From positions 1 to 60,352 of the forward strand of contig JAQUPG010000009.1 of assembly GCA_028716725.1 (NCBI GenBank): 60,352 nt of DNA, in the 5' to 3' direction. This stretch comes from Patescibacteria group bacterium (GTDB taxonomy: Bacteria > Patescibacteriota > Patescibacteriia > Patescibacteriales > JAQTRU01). The notes beneath the pieces were generated by a model. It saw only the letters and a list, made by a program, of their open reading frames with translations, did not search any database and was not told the DNA's origin. Positions 42,959 to 50,212 of this stretch are shown one piece after another. Within the stretch, counting starts at the first letter, position 1; every line of letters starts with the position of its first letter. Both the position numbers and the translations under genes were made by a program.

Positions 42959-44761
42959 TTATCCAATTTCTATCTCCTCCCCTTCCTTGATGTTCCTCTC
43001 ATTATTCCCACCGCTAAAATTATTTTTAAATTCATTTTTCTTTCTATCCTTAAAGTCAACCGGCTGGATTTTTTTTATCTCTTCCAGGGTTAATTCCGGC
43101 CCCGACTCTCCCCTTAAATCTTCCTCTTCTATCCTTTTTAGCTCCTCCTGCTTGCTTTTTTTTCTCAACTCCACTTCCTGCCGTTTTTCCTCGCGCAGAG
43201 CCGATAAGCATTCCTTGCAGTAGACCGGGCGGATGCCGTCCGGCTTAAAAGAAATTGTTGTTTTCTTTCCGCAGCGGGAACAGATAACGTCAAACTCATT
43301 ATCCCTATTATCTTCTTTTTTGCCCGCCCCGCCAAGGCGGTAATTTTCCTCTCTTTTCGCTCCGCCGGAATTTCTAACGGGGTTTGCCCTCGTATCCGCC
43401 GCTAATCTCTCCACTGGTCTTTTGGCCGGGGCCGGCCTGTCAATCCTGCCCGGGGCGCTCTTTTCTTTTTCATCCTCTCCCCCGTCGTTTTCGTGCCAGC
43501 GCATAATTTTATCTTCAACAATTTTTCTTTCCTTGGCATACCTTTCCCGCGTAACCCTTATAACTTTTTCCACATTGTTGGTTTTTTCTCCTTCAGGCAG
43601 AGGCGTCAAACCCCGGGCGGAGAACGGGTCGGAAGCAATACCGTCAATCATCAGCTTTAGGTACATCTCATACTTCGGCAGACTGACCAAATCCTCTTCG
43701 GTAAAAGTCGGGGTAAATTCCTTTACTAGCTCCTCGGCGTCAGTCGCCCCGACGCGAAAAACTATCAAGGTGCCGATATTGCCGAAAACCGCCGCCTTAA
43801 CAACATCTCCCAGCTGTTCAATATACTGGTTAGCCATAATTAAATCAAGGCGGTATTTTCTCGCTTCTGATAAAATATTAGCAAAACTATCAGTGGTAAA
43901 ATTTTGGAATTCATCAATATAGAGATAGCAATCCCTTCTTTGGTTTTCCGGAATATTAACCCGGCTCATGGCCGCCAGCTGGATTTTAGTAATCATCATT
44001 GAGCCAAGCAAAGAGGAATTATCCTCCCCGATCCGGCCTTTGCTTAAATTCATTATTAAAATTTTCCCCTCGTCCATAATCTCGCGCATGTCAATTGAAG
44101 ACTTAACCTGGCCGACAATATTGCGGATCAAGGAACTAGATAAAAATTGCCCGACTTTATTCTGGATAGGCGAAACCGCCTCGGCCGCGAATTTATCCGC
44201 ATAACCGGCAAACTCGTTAACCCAAAAAGCTTTGACGACCGGGTCCTGAATTTTGGCAATTACTTTTCTCCGAAAAACCTTGTCGGAAAGCATCCTGGTA
44301 ACTCCCAATAAGGTTGAACCCGGATAATCCAAAATCGCTAAAATGGAATTGCGCAGAATATATTCCAGCCGCGGCCCCCAGGAATCAGCCCAAAGTTTCT
44401 GAAAAACCCCGATCAGGCCGGAAGCAACCAGGTGCCGCAAATGCGGAGCCACCTGCTCCACCACATTAAAAGCAATCGGATACTCCATGTCTGCCGGATT
44501 AAAATAAATAGTGTCGTTAATCCGGTTGGTAGGAATATACTCAATTATCTTCTCCGCTAAATCGCCGTGCGGATCCACTACAGCCACGCCCCGGCCGGCC
44601 CGGATATCTTCAACAATCATATTTTCCAGAACTGTTGATTTGCCCATGCCGGTTTTGCCAATCAAATACATGTGGCGGCGGCGGTCGTCTTCTTTTATGC
44701 CAAATTTTCTTCTTTCATTGCGGAAAGTTGTTTCGGCAAAAACCGTAATTAACTTATCCAT
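42959..44761 (-). CDS. TraD/VirD4-like P-loop NTPase with a C-terminal CxxC...CxxC zinc ribbon
   Basis: Walker A GKTGMGKST, DPHGD, and Walker B-like LYIDEFQNF. The tail contains CSRCGKKTTISFKPDGIRPVYCKEC. The start is trimmed to MDKLITV to avoid overlap with the upstream gene. Confidence 0.6.
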   Translation of the reverse strand: MDKLITVFAETTFRNERRKFGIKEDDRRRHMYLIGKTGMGKSTVLENMIVEDIRAGRGVAVVDPHGDLAEKIIEYIPTNRINDTIYFNPADMEYPIAFNVVEQVAPHLRHLVASGLIGVFQKLWADSWGPRLEYILRNSILAILDYPGSTLLGVTRMLSDKVFRRKVIAKIQDPVVKAFWVNEFAGYADKFAAEAVSPIQNKVGQFLSSSLIRNIVGQVKSSIDMREIMDEGKILIMNLSKGRIGEDNSSLLGSMMITKIQLAAMSRVNIPENQRRDCYLYIDEFQNFTTDSFANILSEARKYRLDLIMANQYIEQLGDVVKAAVFGNIGTLIVFRVGATDAEELVKEFTPTFTEEDLVSLPKYEMYLKLMIDGIASDPFSARGLTPLPEGEKTNNVEKVIRVTRERYAKERKIVEDKIMRWHENDGGEDEKEKSAPGRIDRPAPAKRPVERLAADTRANPVRNSGGAKREENYRLGGAGKKEDNRDNEFDVICSRCGKKTTISFKPDGIRPVYCKECLSALREEKRQEVELRKKSKQEELKRIEEEDLRGESGPELTLEEIKKIQPVDFKDRKKNEFKNNFSGGNNERNIKEGEEIEIG

Positions 44762-44795
44762 ATCCTGCGGAAAATAAAAAATTAAAGATAAAAAA

Positions 44796-45104
44796 CTAAA
44801 AATGGTAAAATAATTTCTGAAAATCAAATATCCTTCCATCTCTTACTTTTATGCCTTCGCTGGCTAACATTTTTACTTTAGCTTTTATGCCTTTATTAAA
44901 TCCTCCTATTTTTCCATTACTTTTTACCACTCGATGGCAAGGCACAATTGGGGAATAAGGATTTTTGTTTAAAGCATTGCCCACTGCCCGGCTTGCCCTT
45001 CTCCGGCCAATAATTCTGGAAATTTCCCCATAAGTCGTTACCCGGCCAAACGGAATTTTTCTGGTTGCTTCCAAGACCGCTTTCTCAAATATTGATAACC
45101 TCAT
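44796..45104 (-). CDS. Methylated-DNA-protein-cysteine methyltransferase DNA-binding-domain protein (MGMT/Ogt C-terminal domain only)
   Basis: 102 aa with the PCHRVV active-site motif (IVPCHRVVKSNGKIGGF). Confidence 0.8.
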   Translation of the reverse strand: MRLSIFEKAVLEATRKIPFGRVTTYGEISRIIGRRRASRAVGNALNKNPYSPIVPCHRVVKSNGKIGGFNKGIKAKVKMLASEGIKVRDGRIFDFQKLFYHF

Positions 45105-45135
45105 ATTTTAAGATAAGCCCAACAAAAAGCCGGGG

Positions 45136-45489
45136 TTAACGGGGTAAATATTTTTCTAGATCCGCGGGAATTTTTGTTCCTCCGTTCCCATTTATCAGGT
45201 TCCCCAAGAGATCACTGCCGCCAAGATTCTCTAAATTCAGACCTACCCCTCCGCCTAATAAACTTTTATACTGCTGGAAAACGCCCTTTAGCAAAGGCGG
45301 CAGATAAATAATACCTAAAATAATCGGCACCACCACAATTAAAACCTTTAAAAAACTCCAGACATTCTGCCAGAACATATAGCTTTTTATTTTCTTTACC
45401 ATTTTATGAGTTTCCGCCGTCAGCTTTAAATTTTCTTCCAAAAGTTTTTTTATTTCGTCTTCCATATTAAATAAATTTTCAATTTTCAA
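45136..45489 (-). CDS. Hypothetical single-TM protein
   Basis: 117 aa with one hydrophobic helix (FLKVLIVVVPIILGIIYLPPLL) and a Gly-rich tail. No family recognised. Confidence 0.5.
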   Translation of the reverse strand: MKIENLFNMEDEIKKLLEENLKLTAETHKMVKKIKSYMFWQNVWSFLKVLIVVVPIILGIIYLPPLLKGVFQQYKSLLGGGVGLNLENLGGSDLLGNLINGNGGTKIPADLEKYLPR

Positions 45490-45565
45490 TTAATAAATAA
45501 CTAATTTTTAATTGAAAATTTAATCATTGAAAATTCATTGAAAATTGTAAATTGAAAATTGATAA
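45474..45565. repeat. Degenerate tandem and inverted attgaaaatt words
   Basis: aattttcaat occurs twice, followed by (c)attgaaaatt four times, between nrdG and the upstream gene. Confidence 0.7.
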
Positions 45566-45576
45566 TTTTTTCTATG

Positions 45577-46347
45577 TCATCTCGCTTCGCATCTCTCCGC
45601 GTATTTCCTCCCTGTCTTAACCATCTCCCCCATCTCTTTATCCTTGAACGGCGACAAACCTTGAAAACTTTCATCAACCAAATCCGTTCCGCCCTTAAAC
45701 TTCTGCAGAAACCAATTATCAGCCCCCTTTATGAGCCGGCCGATTTTTTCTATATCTTCTTTCCCCAGAAGGCCGGGCACCATTGTTGTCCTAAATTCAT
45801 GGGGCAATCCGCTTTCTCTTATTATTCTAACACTTTTTTCAATTTTTTTGAAATCAACCCGGGCATTGACCACTTTTTGGTACTTGTCTTCCGGTGCCTT
45901 TATGTCCATAGCCAGATAATCGACCAACTTTTCTTTAATCAATTTTTCTAACATTTCCGGCTTAGTGCCGTTAGTGTCAAGCTTTACCAAATACCCTAAT
46001 TTTTTTATTTTCTTTATAAAGCCGGGCAAATCCTTATGAAGGGTGGGCTCTCCGCCGGTAATTACGACTCCCTCAAGCTTATTTCTTCTCTTTGTTAAAA
46101 AATCAAAAAGACCATCCTCCCTTATAAGAGCATGATCCTTTTGGCTTGCCTCGTTAGATACCGATACGGATTTAACGGGGCTTATTGACGAAATATTTTT
46201 TAACCTGCCGGCCTTTTTCTCGGGCCAGACAAGCATAGGGTTATAGCAAAAATGGCAGCGGAAATTGCACCCTTTGGTAAAAATAATGGCCGCAATCCTG
46301 CCGGGATAATCAAGTAAGCTAAATTTTTGCAAACCGCCTATTAACAT
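45577..46347 (-). CDS. nrdG: Anaerobic ribonucleotide reductase activating protein (radical SAM)
   Basis: CNFRCHFCYNP (CxxxCxxC) plus GGEPTL. It lies downstream of nrdD. Confidence 0.9.
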   Translation of the reverse strand: MLIGGLQKFSLLDYPGRIAAIIFTKGCNFRCHFCYNPMLVWPEKKAGRLKNISSISPVKSVSVSNEASQKDHALIREDGLFDFLTKRRNKLEGVVITGGEPTLHKDLPGFIKKIKKLGYLVKLDTNGTKPEMLEKLIKEKLVDYLAMDIKAPEDKYQKVVNARVDFKKIEKSVRIIRESGLPHEFRTTMVPGLLGKEDIEKIGRLIKGADNWFLQKFKGGTDLVDESFQGLSPFKDKEMGEMVKTGRKYAERCEAR

Positions 46348-46401
46348 AGGGATAATTTTAAAATGATCGGGATTATTTTAGACAATTGGGATAAAAGAGC
46401 T

Positions 46402-46442
46402 CCCAAAAATCTTAAAACATCCCAAAAATCTTAAAACATCCC
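46402..46442. repeat. Tandem 19-nt repeat, two copies plus the start of a third
   Basis: cccaaaaatcttaaaacat occurs twice exactly, followed by ccc. It lies between the nrdD tail fragment and nrdG. Confidence 0.85.
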
Positions 46443-46449
46443 GGAATAA

Positions 46450-46587
46450 TTATGCTTTTATCTTAAATGTTTTCCGGGTTAAAAATTCTTCCTGCTTGCC
46501 GTCATTCCATTGTTTGACCGGCCGCAAGTAACCGCAAACCCGGCTGTAAATTTCGCACTCTTGTCTTTTTATTTTTATCGGAGACAT
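46450..46587 (-). CDS. nrdD: Detached C-terminal glycyl-radical segment of NrdD (45 aa, not in the ORF track)
   Basis: The reverse complement reads MSPIKIKRQECEIYSRVCGYLRPVKQWNDGKQEEFLTRKTFKIKA*. It carries the RVCGY glycyl-radical motif that is missing from the 708-aa ORF upstream. It is in a different frame, and I saw no obvious ribosome-binding site. Confidence 0.6.
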   Translation of the reverse strand: MSPIKIKRQECEIYSRVCGYLRPVKQWNDGKQEEFLTRKTFKIKA

Positions 46588-46691
46588 ATGGGGAAATGTC
46601 AGAAACCAGGAACTAGAAATCAGAAAATATTTTTCTAATCACTAGGCCAATTTCTTTATTTTTATTTTATTTAATTATTAAATTATTTCGT

Positions 46692-48818
46692 CTAAGATAT
46701 GGCGCCGATAATATCCATATCAAGCCTGGAGGAATCTTCTTCATCTCTTGGGGCGGCGACATAAATTTCTTCTCTCTTTCCCCCGTCTCCCTCGGTGTAG
46801 CCGATTTCCTCATCGCACTTGGGACAAAACTGGTGCTCTCCGGCAATATAGCCATGCTTGGGGCAGATAGAAAAAGTCGGGGTAATTGTAAAATAAGGCA
46901 GATGATAATTTTGGGCGATAGTCTTAACTAATTTTTTAACCGCCTCAGCTGAAGGCAGGGCTTCTCCGATGAAAGAATGGAAAACTGTCCCGCCCGTATA
47001 TTTAATCTGGATATCATCCTGCAAATCTAGGGCTTCAAATAAATCATCCGTATGGCTTACCGGCAACTGGGAAGAGTTTGTATAAAAAGGAGAGGCATTT
47101 CTGGCTCGAACCGCTTCTTCATTGGCGACAATAATCTCCGGGTATTTGTCCTTATCAATCCGGGAAAGCCGCCGGGAAGTCCCTTCTGCCGGCGTGGCTT
47201 CTAAGTTATAAAGATGGTTGGTTTTATTTTGATAATCCATCATCTTTTCCCGCATATAATCAAGGATCTCCAAGGCGAATTCTTTCGCGGCCGAAGTGGT
47301 GATGCTGCTCCTTAAGGGGGAAAAATTAAGCAGAGCTTCATTCATGCCGATAATGCCAATCGTGGAAAAATGGTTGTTCCAGTATCCGCCGAACCTTTCT
47401 TTTACGTTCGTTAGATAATGGCGGGCATAGGGATAAAGGCCGTTTTCGGTTAATTTTTCTAAAATATCCCTTTTAGTCTCCAGGCTCTCCTGGGCAATCT
47501 GCATAAGGTTGTCCAGGCGGGAAAAAAATTCTTCTTTGGTTTTTGAAAGATATCCGACCCGGGGCAGGTTGATGGTAACGACGCCGATAGAACCGGTTAA
47601 GGGATTGGCGCCAAATAACCCGCCTCCCCTCTTCCTTAATTCCCGATTATCAAGGCGCAGCCGGCAACACATGCTTCTGGCATCCTCCGGATTCATGTCT
47701 GAATTAATAAAATTAGAAAAATAAGGAATGCCGTATTTAGCGGTCATTTCAAAAATTTTTGTCGCTACGGATGAATCCCAGGGAAAATCATTGGTAATAT
47801 TATAGGTCGGGATCGGGAAAGTGAAAACCCGGCCCTTGGCGTCTCCCGCCATCATTAATTCGGCAAAAGCGATATTAAACATGTCCATCTCTTTCTGGAA
47901 ATCCTTGTATTTTTCCGCCTGCACCTTGCCGCCGATAATGACATTTTCCTCTCCGGTGGTTTTGCCCGGAGTTAAATCAAGGGTAATATTGGTAAAAGGC
48001 GTTTGAAAACCGACCCGCGTCGGGACATTTATATTAAAAAGAAATTCCTGCAAACATTGCTTTACTTCTTCGTAAGTAAGGTTGTCATACCTGATAAAGG
48101 GGGATAAATAAGTGTCAAAGCTGGAAAAAGCTTCCGCCCCGGCCACTTCCCCCTGCAGAGTGTAGAAAAAATTTACGACCTGGCCCAAAGCCGTGCGAAA
48201 ATGCTTGGCCGGCCCGGACTCAACTTTTCCGCTCACGCCTCGGAAACCCTGCAATAATAAATCCTTTAAATCCCAGCCTGCGCAATACGGAGCCAATATC
48301 TGCAGGTCATGAAGATGAAAATCGCCGTTCTTATGGGCCTCCCGGACGCGAGCCGTATAAACCTTGTTCAGCCAATAATGGGAAGAAATCGTTGAAGCCA
48401 GATGATTGTTAAGGCCCTGAAGGCTATAGCCCATGTTTGAATTTTCTTTTACCCGCCAGTCGGCCTGCTCAATATATTCCTCCATTAAGTCATTGGAATT
48501 TACCATGGTTGACTTTAGGTCGCGCAACCTGGCTCGCTGGTCGCGGTAAAGGATATAGGCTTTCGCAATTTTAATGGACCGGTTTCTGATTAACACTTCT
48601 TCCACAATATCCTGAATTTCTTCCACGGCCGGAATGCTGCGGAAATGAAACTTGCTTTTTAGGATTTCCATCACTTCATTACTAAGCCTTTCCGCCAGCT
48701 CTTCATCTAAAATCCCAACTGCCTCGGCCGCCTTGGTTATGGCGCTCTCTATTTTTTTCCGGTCAAAATTAACAATTTCGCCCGACCTTTTTCTAATTTG
48801 AGAAACTGTTTCTTGCAT
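46692..48818 (-). CDS. nrdD: Anaerobic (class III) ribonucleoside-triphosphate reductase, interrupted before the glycyl-radical motif
   Basis: N-terminal ATP cone, the NrdD core, and a C-terminal zinc ribbon (ICPKHG...FCPKCDEE). The ORF then ends in an unrelated tail, VAAPRDEEDSSRLDMDIIGAIS. Confidence 0.9.
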   Translation of the reverse strand: MQETVSQIRKRSGEIVNFDRKKIESAITKAAEAVGILDEELAERLSNEVMEILKSKFHFRSIPAVEEIQDIVEEVLIRNRSIKIAKAYILYRDQRARLRDLKSTMVNSNDLMEEYIEQADWRVKENSNMGYSLQGLNNHLASTISSHYWLNKVYTARVREAHKNGDFHLHDLQILAPYCAGWDLKDLLLQGFRGVSGKVESGPAKHFRTALGQVVNFFYTLQGEVAGAEAFSSFDTYLSPFIRYDNLTYEEVKQCLQEFLFNINVPTRVGFQTPFTNITLDLTPGKTTGEENVIIGGKVQAEKYKDFQKEMDMFNIAFAELMMAGDAKGRVFTFPIPTYNITNDFPWDSSVATKIFEMTAKYGIPYFSNFINSDMNPEDARSMCCRLRLDNRELRKRGGGLFGANPLTGSIGVVTINLPRVGYLSKTKEEFFSRLDNLMQIAQESLETKRDILEKLTENGLYPYARHYLTNVKERFGGYWNNHFSTIGIIGMNEALLNFSPLRSSITTSAAKEFALEILDYMREKMMDYQNKTNHLYNLEATPAEGTSRRLSRIDKDKYPEIIVANEEAVRARNASPFYTNSSQLPVSHTDDLFEALDLQDDIQIKYTGGTVFHSFIGEALPSAEAVKKLVKTIAQNYHLPYFTITPTFSICPKHGYIAGEHQFCPKCDEEIGYTEGDGGKREEIYVAAPRDEEDSSRLDMDIIGAIS

Positions 48819-48839
48819 GGGATTGATTATAAGTTTAAA

Positions 48840-49319
48840 TTATTTTTTATTCACCTTTTTCTTGCCGTCGGTTTTTAATAACTTATTAAGCTCTTTCCGG
48901 AAAGTCTGGGCGTCTTTAAAGGATTCATAAACGGAAGCAAAACGGATATAAGCGACCTGGTCTACTTTTTTTAAATGCTTCATTATAATCTGGCCGACCT
49001 GGGAAGAAGTTATTTCGCTTTTTCTTAAAACCTGAATATCGCGCTCAATGGAATGGATAAGCTTTTTAAACTTATCGTCCGTAACCGACCTCTTTTCCAA
49101 AGCCTTCTTCAGCCCCTTAACCACTTTTTCCCGGTCATAAGTTTCTTTCCGGCCATCCCGCTTAACAATCATTAAGTCCAAAATCTCCATTTCCTCATAA
49201 GTGGAGAAGCGAAAGCCGCATTTTAAGCATTCCCGTCGGCGCCGGATGGATAAACCGTCGGTCGCCACCCGGGAGTCAATTACTTTTGTGTCTAGATAAT
49301 AGCAGACCGGGCATTTCAT
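48840..49319 (-). CDS. nrdR: Transcriptional repressor NrdR
   Basis: MKCPVC...CLKCGFRFSTYE zinc ribbon plus an ATP-cone domain. NrdR boxes lie upstream. Confidence 0.95.
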   Translation of the reverse strand: MKCPVCYYLDTKVIDSRVATDGLSIRRRRECLKCGFRFSTYEEMEILDLMIVKRDGRKETYDREKVVKGLKKALEKRSVTDDKFKKLIHSIERDIQVLRKSEITSSQVGQIIMKHLKKVDQVAYIRFASVYESFKDAQTFRKELNKLLKTDGKKKVNKK

Positions 49320-49460
49320 ATGATATTATTAAGATAATAAGGCCCTTGCCTTATAATTTTTGAGCAAACAAAAAACACCTATCTTTAGTCAATTCTTTGG
49401 TGCCTATCTCCCTTTTAAGGTTCGCTAGGTGTTTTGAAAGAAAACTGGGGAAAAGCTTTA

Positions 49461-49476
49461 TATCTATATCTAGTGT
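49461..49476. promoter_or_regulatory. NrdR box (distal from the promoter)
   Basis: tatCTATATcTAGTGT matches the acaCwAtATaTwGtgt consensus at 12 of 16 positions. It lies just downstream of the predicted transcription start. Confidence 0.6.
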
Positions 49477-49493
49477 CCACGATATCTACTCCA

Positions 49494-49509
49494 CCACTAC
49501 ATATTGTAT
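49494..49509. promoter_or_regulatory. NrdR box (proximal to the promoter)
   Basis: cCACTAcATATTGTaT matches the consensus at 13 of 16 positions. The centre-to-centre distance to the other box is 33 bp. Confidence 0.6.
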
Positions 49510-49518
49510 CTACTTAAT

Positions 49519-49547
49519 ATTATATACCCGTTGAAATTTCTTGTCAA
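49519..49547 (-). promoter_or_regulatory. nrdR-nrdD-nrdG promoter, perfect TTGACA-N17-TATAAT
   Basis: The minus strand reads TTGACAagaaatttcaacgggtaTATAAT. Confidence 0.8.
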
Positions 49548-49779
49548 GGTGGAAAAACTTATCTAATTTTAGCCCGATTTTTAAAAAATATTAATGCATC
49601 CTTTATCAAGGCAGGGCTTTTTTGAAAAATGGGCTGTGGATAAGTGGAAAAATATAATCTCTCCATCCCGGAATAAGACCGCCGGATATTTTTAACTGCA
49701 GAAATCGTCTTGACAAATCCAGAAAAAAAAGATAAAACATAGTCAAAAGTTAGAATTCTTTCCTAATTAAGGAGGGGGT

Positions 49780-49911
49780 ATGAAAAAAATAAGCTGGAAA
49801 TGGCTGGCAGGAATAATCTCGGCCATAACTTTAACCGCTTTCATCGTCCGCTGGGCCATGAAATTCTATGACCGGGGAGAAACCAACGAAGATGTAACCT
49901 GGGTTGGATAA
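49780..49911 (+). CDS. Small (43 aa) single-TM protein, not in the ORF track
   Basis: AAGGAGGGGGT-ATG precedes MKKISWKWLAGIISAITLTAFIVRWAMKFYDRGETNEDVTWVG*. Confidence 0.5.
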   Translation: MKKISWKWLAGIISAITLTAFIVRWAMKFYDRGETNEDVTWVG

Positions 49912-49931
49912 AGCTTTAGGAGGTAAACAAA

Positions 49932-50108
49932 ATGAGTAATTCAGACGGAAGAGTTATGATTGACCCGGAGAAGGGGGCAAACAAAGGAGTAATAATCTTC
50001 TTAATAGCCGTTGCCGTTATTATTATTATTTTCTACATTGCAGTCAACGGAACACAGGAAGAAAATCCGGTTGAACCAACTCCGGTCGAACAGACGGTTC
50101 CCCAATAA
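49932..50108 (+). CDS. Small (58 aa) single-TM protein, not in the ORF track
   Basis: AGGAGGTAAACAAA-ATG precedes MSNSDGRVMIDPEKGANKGVIIFLIAVAVIIIIFYIAVNGTQEENPVEPTPVEQTVPQ*. A perfect hairpin terminator follows. Confidence 0.5.
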   Translation: MSNSDGRVMIDPEKGANKGVIIFLIAVAVIIIIFYIAVNGTQEENPVEPTPVEQTVPQ

Positions 50109-50130
50109 ACCGGGATGCCAATCAATACCT

Positions 50131-50160
50131 AAAAGCTACGCCTGCGCGTAGCTTTTTAAA
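50131..50160 (+). terminator. Intrinsic terminator after the two small TM genes
   Basis: Perfect stem aaagctacgc/gcgtagcttt followed by ttaaaa. Confidence 0.7.
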
Positions 50161-50164
50161 ATAT

Positions 50165-50205
50165 TAAAAAAGGAGAGGACGAATAAATTCGTCTCTCCCC
50201 TGCTT
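50165..50205 (-). terminator. Intrinsic terminator after the 329-aa orphan
   Basis: Stem ggagagacgaa/ttcgtcctctcc followed by ttttttaat on the minus strand. Confidence 0.7.
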
Positions 50206-50212
50206 TTTTACC

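Noticed and set aside
46546-46760. Group I or group II intron as the identity of the nrdD insertion.
   Set aside because: This is not excluded experimentally, but no register of the flanking repeat gives both a 5' exon ending in U and an intron ending in G. The segment does not begin with GUGYG, it is far too short for group II, and I saw no conserved core helices. It is kept only as one hypothesis within the finding.
49320-49510. Cobalamin riboswitch in the nrd leader.
   Set aside because: No B12-box-like motif is present. Only a simple long-loop hairpin is evident.
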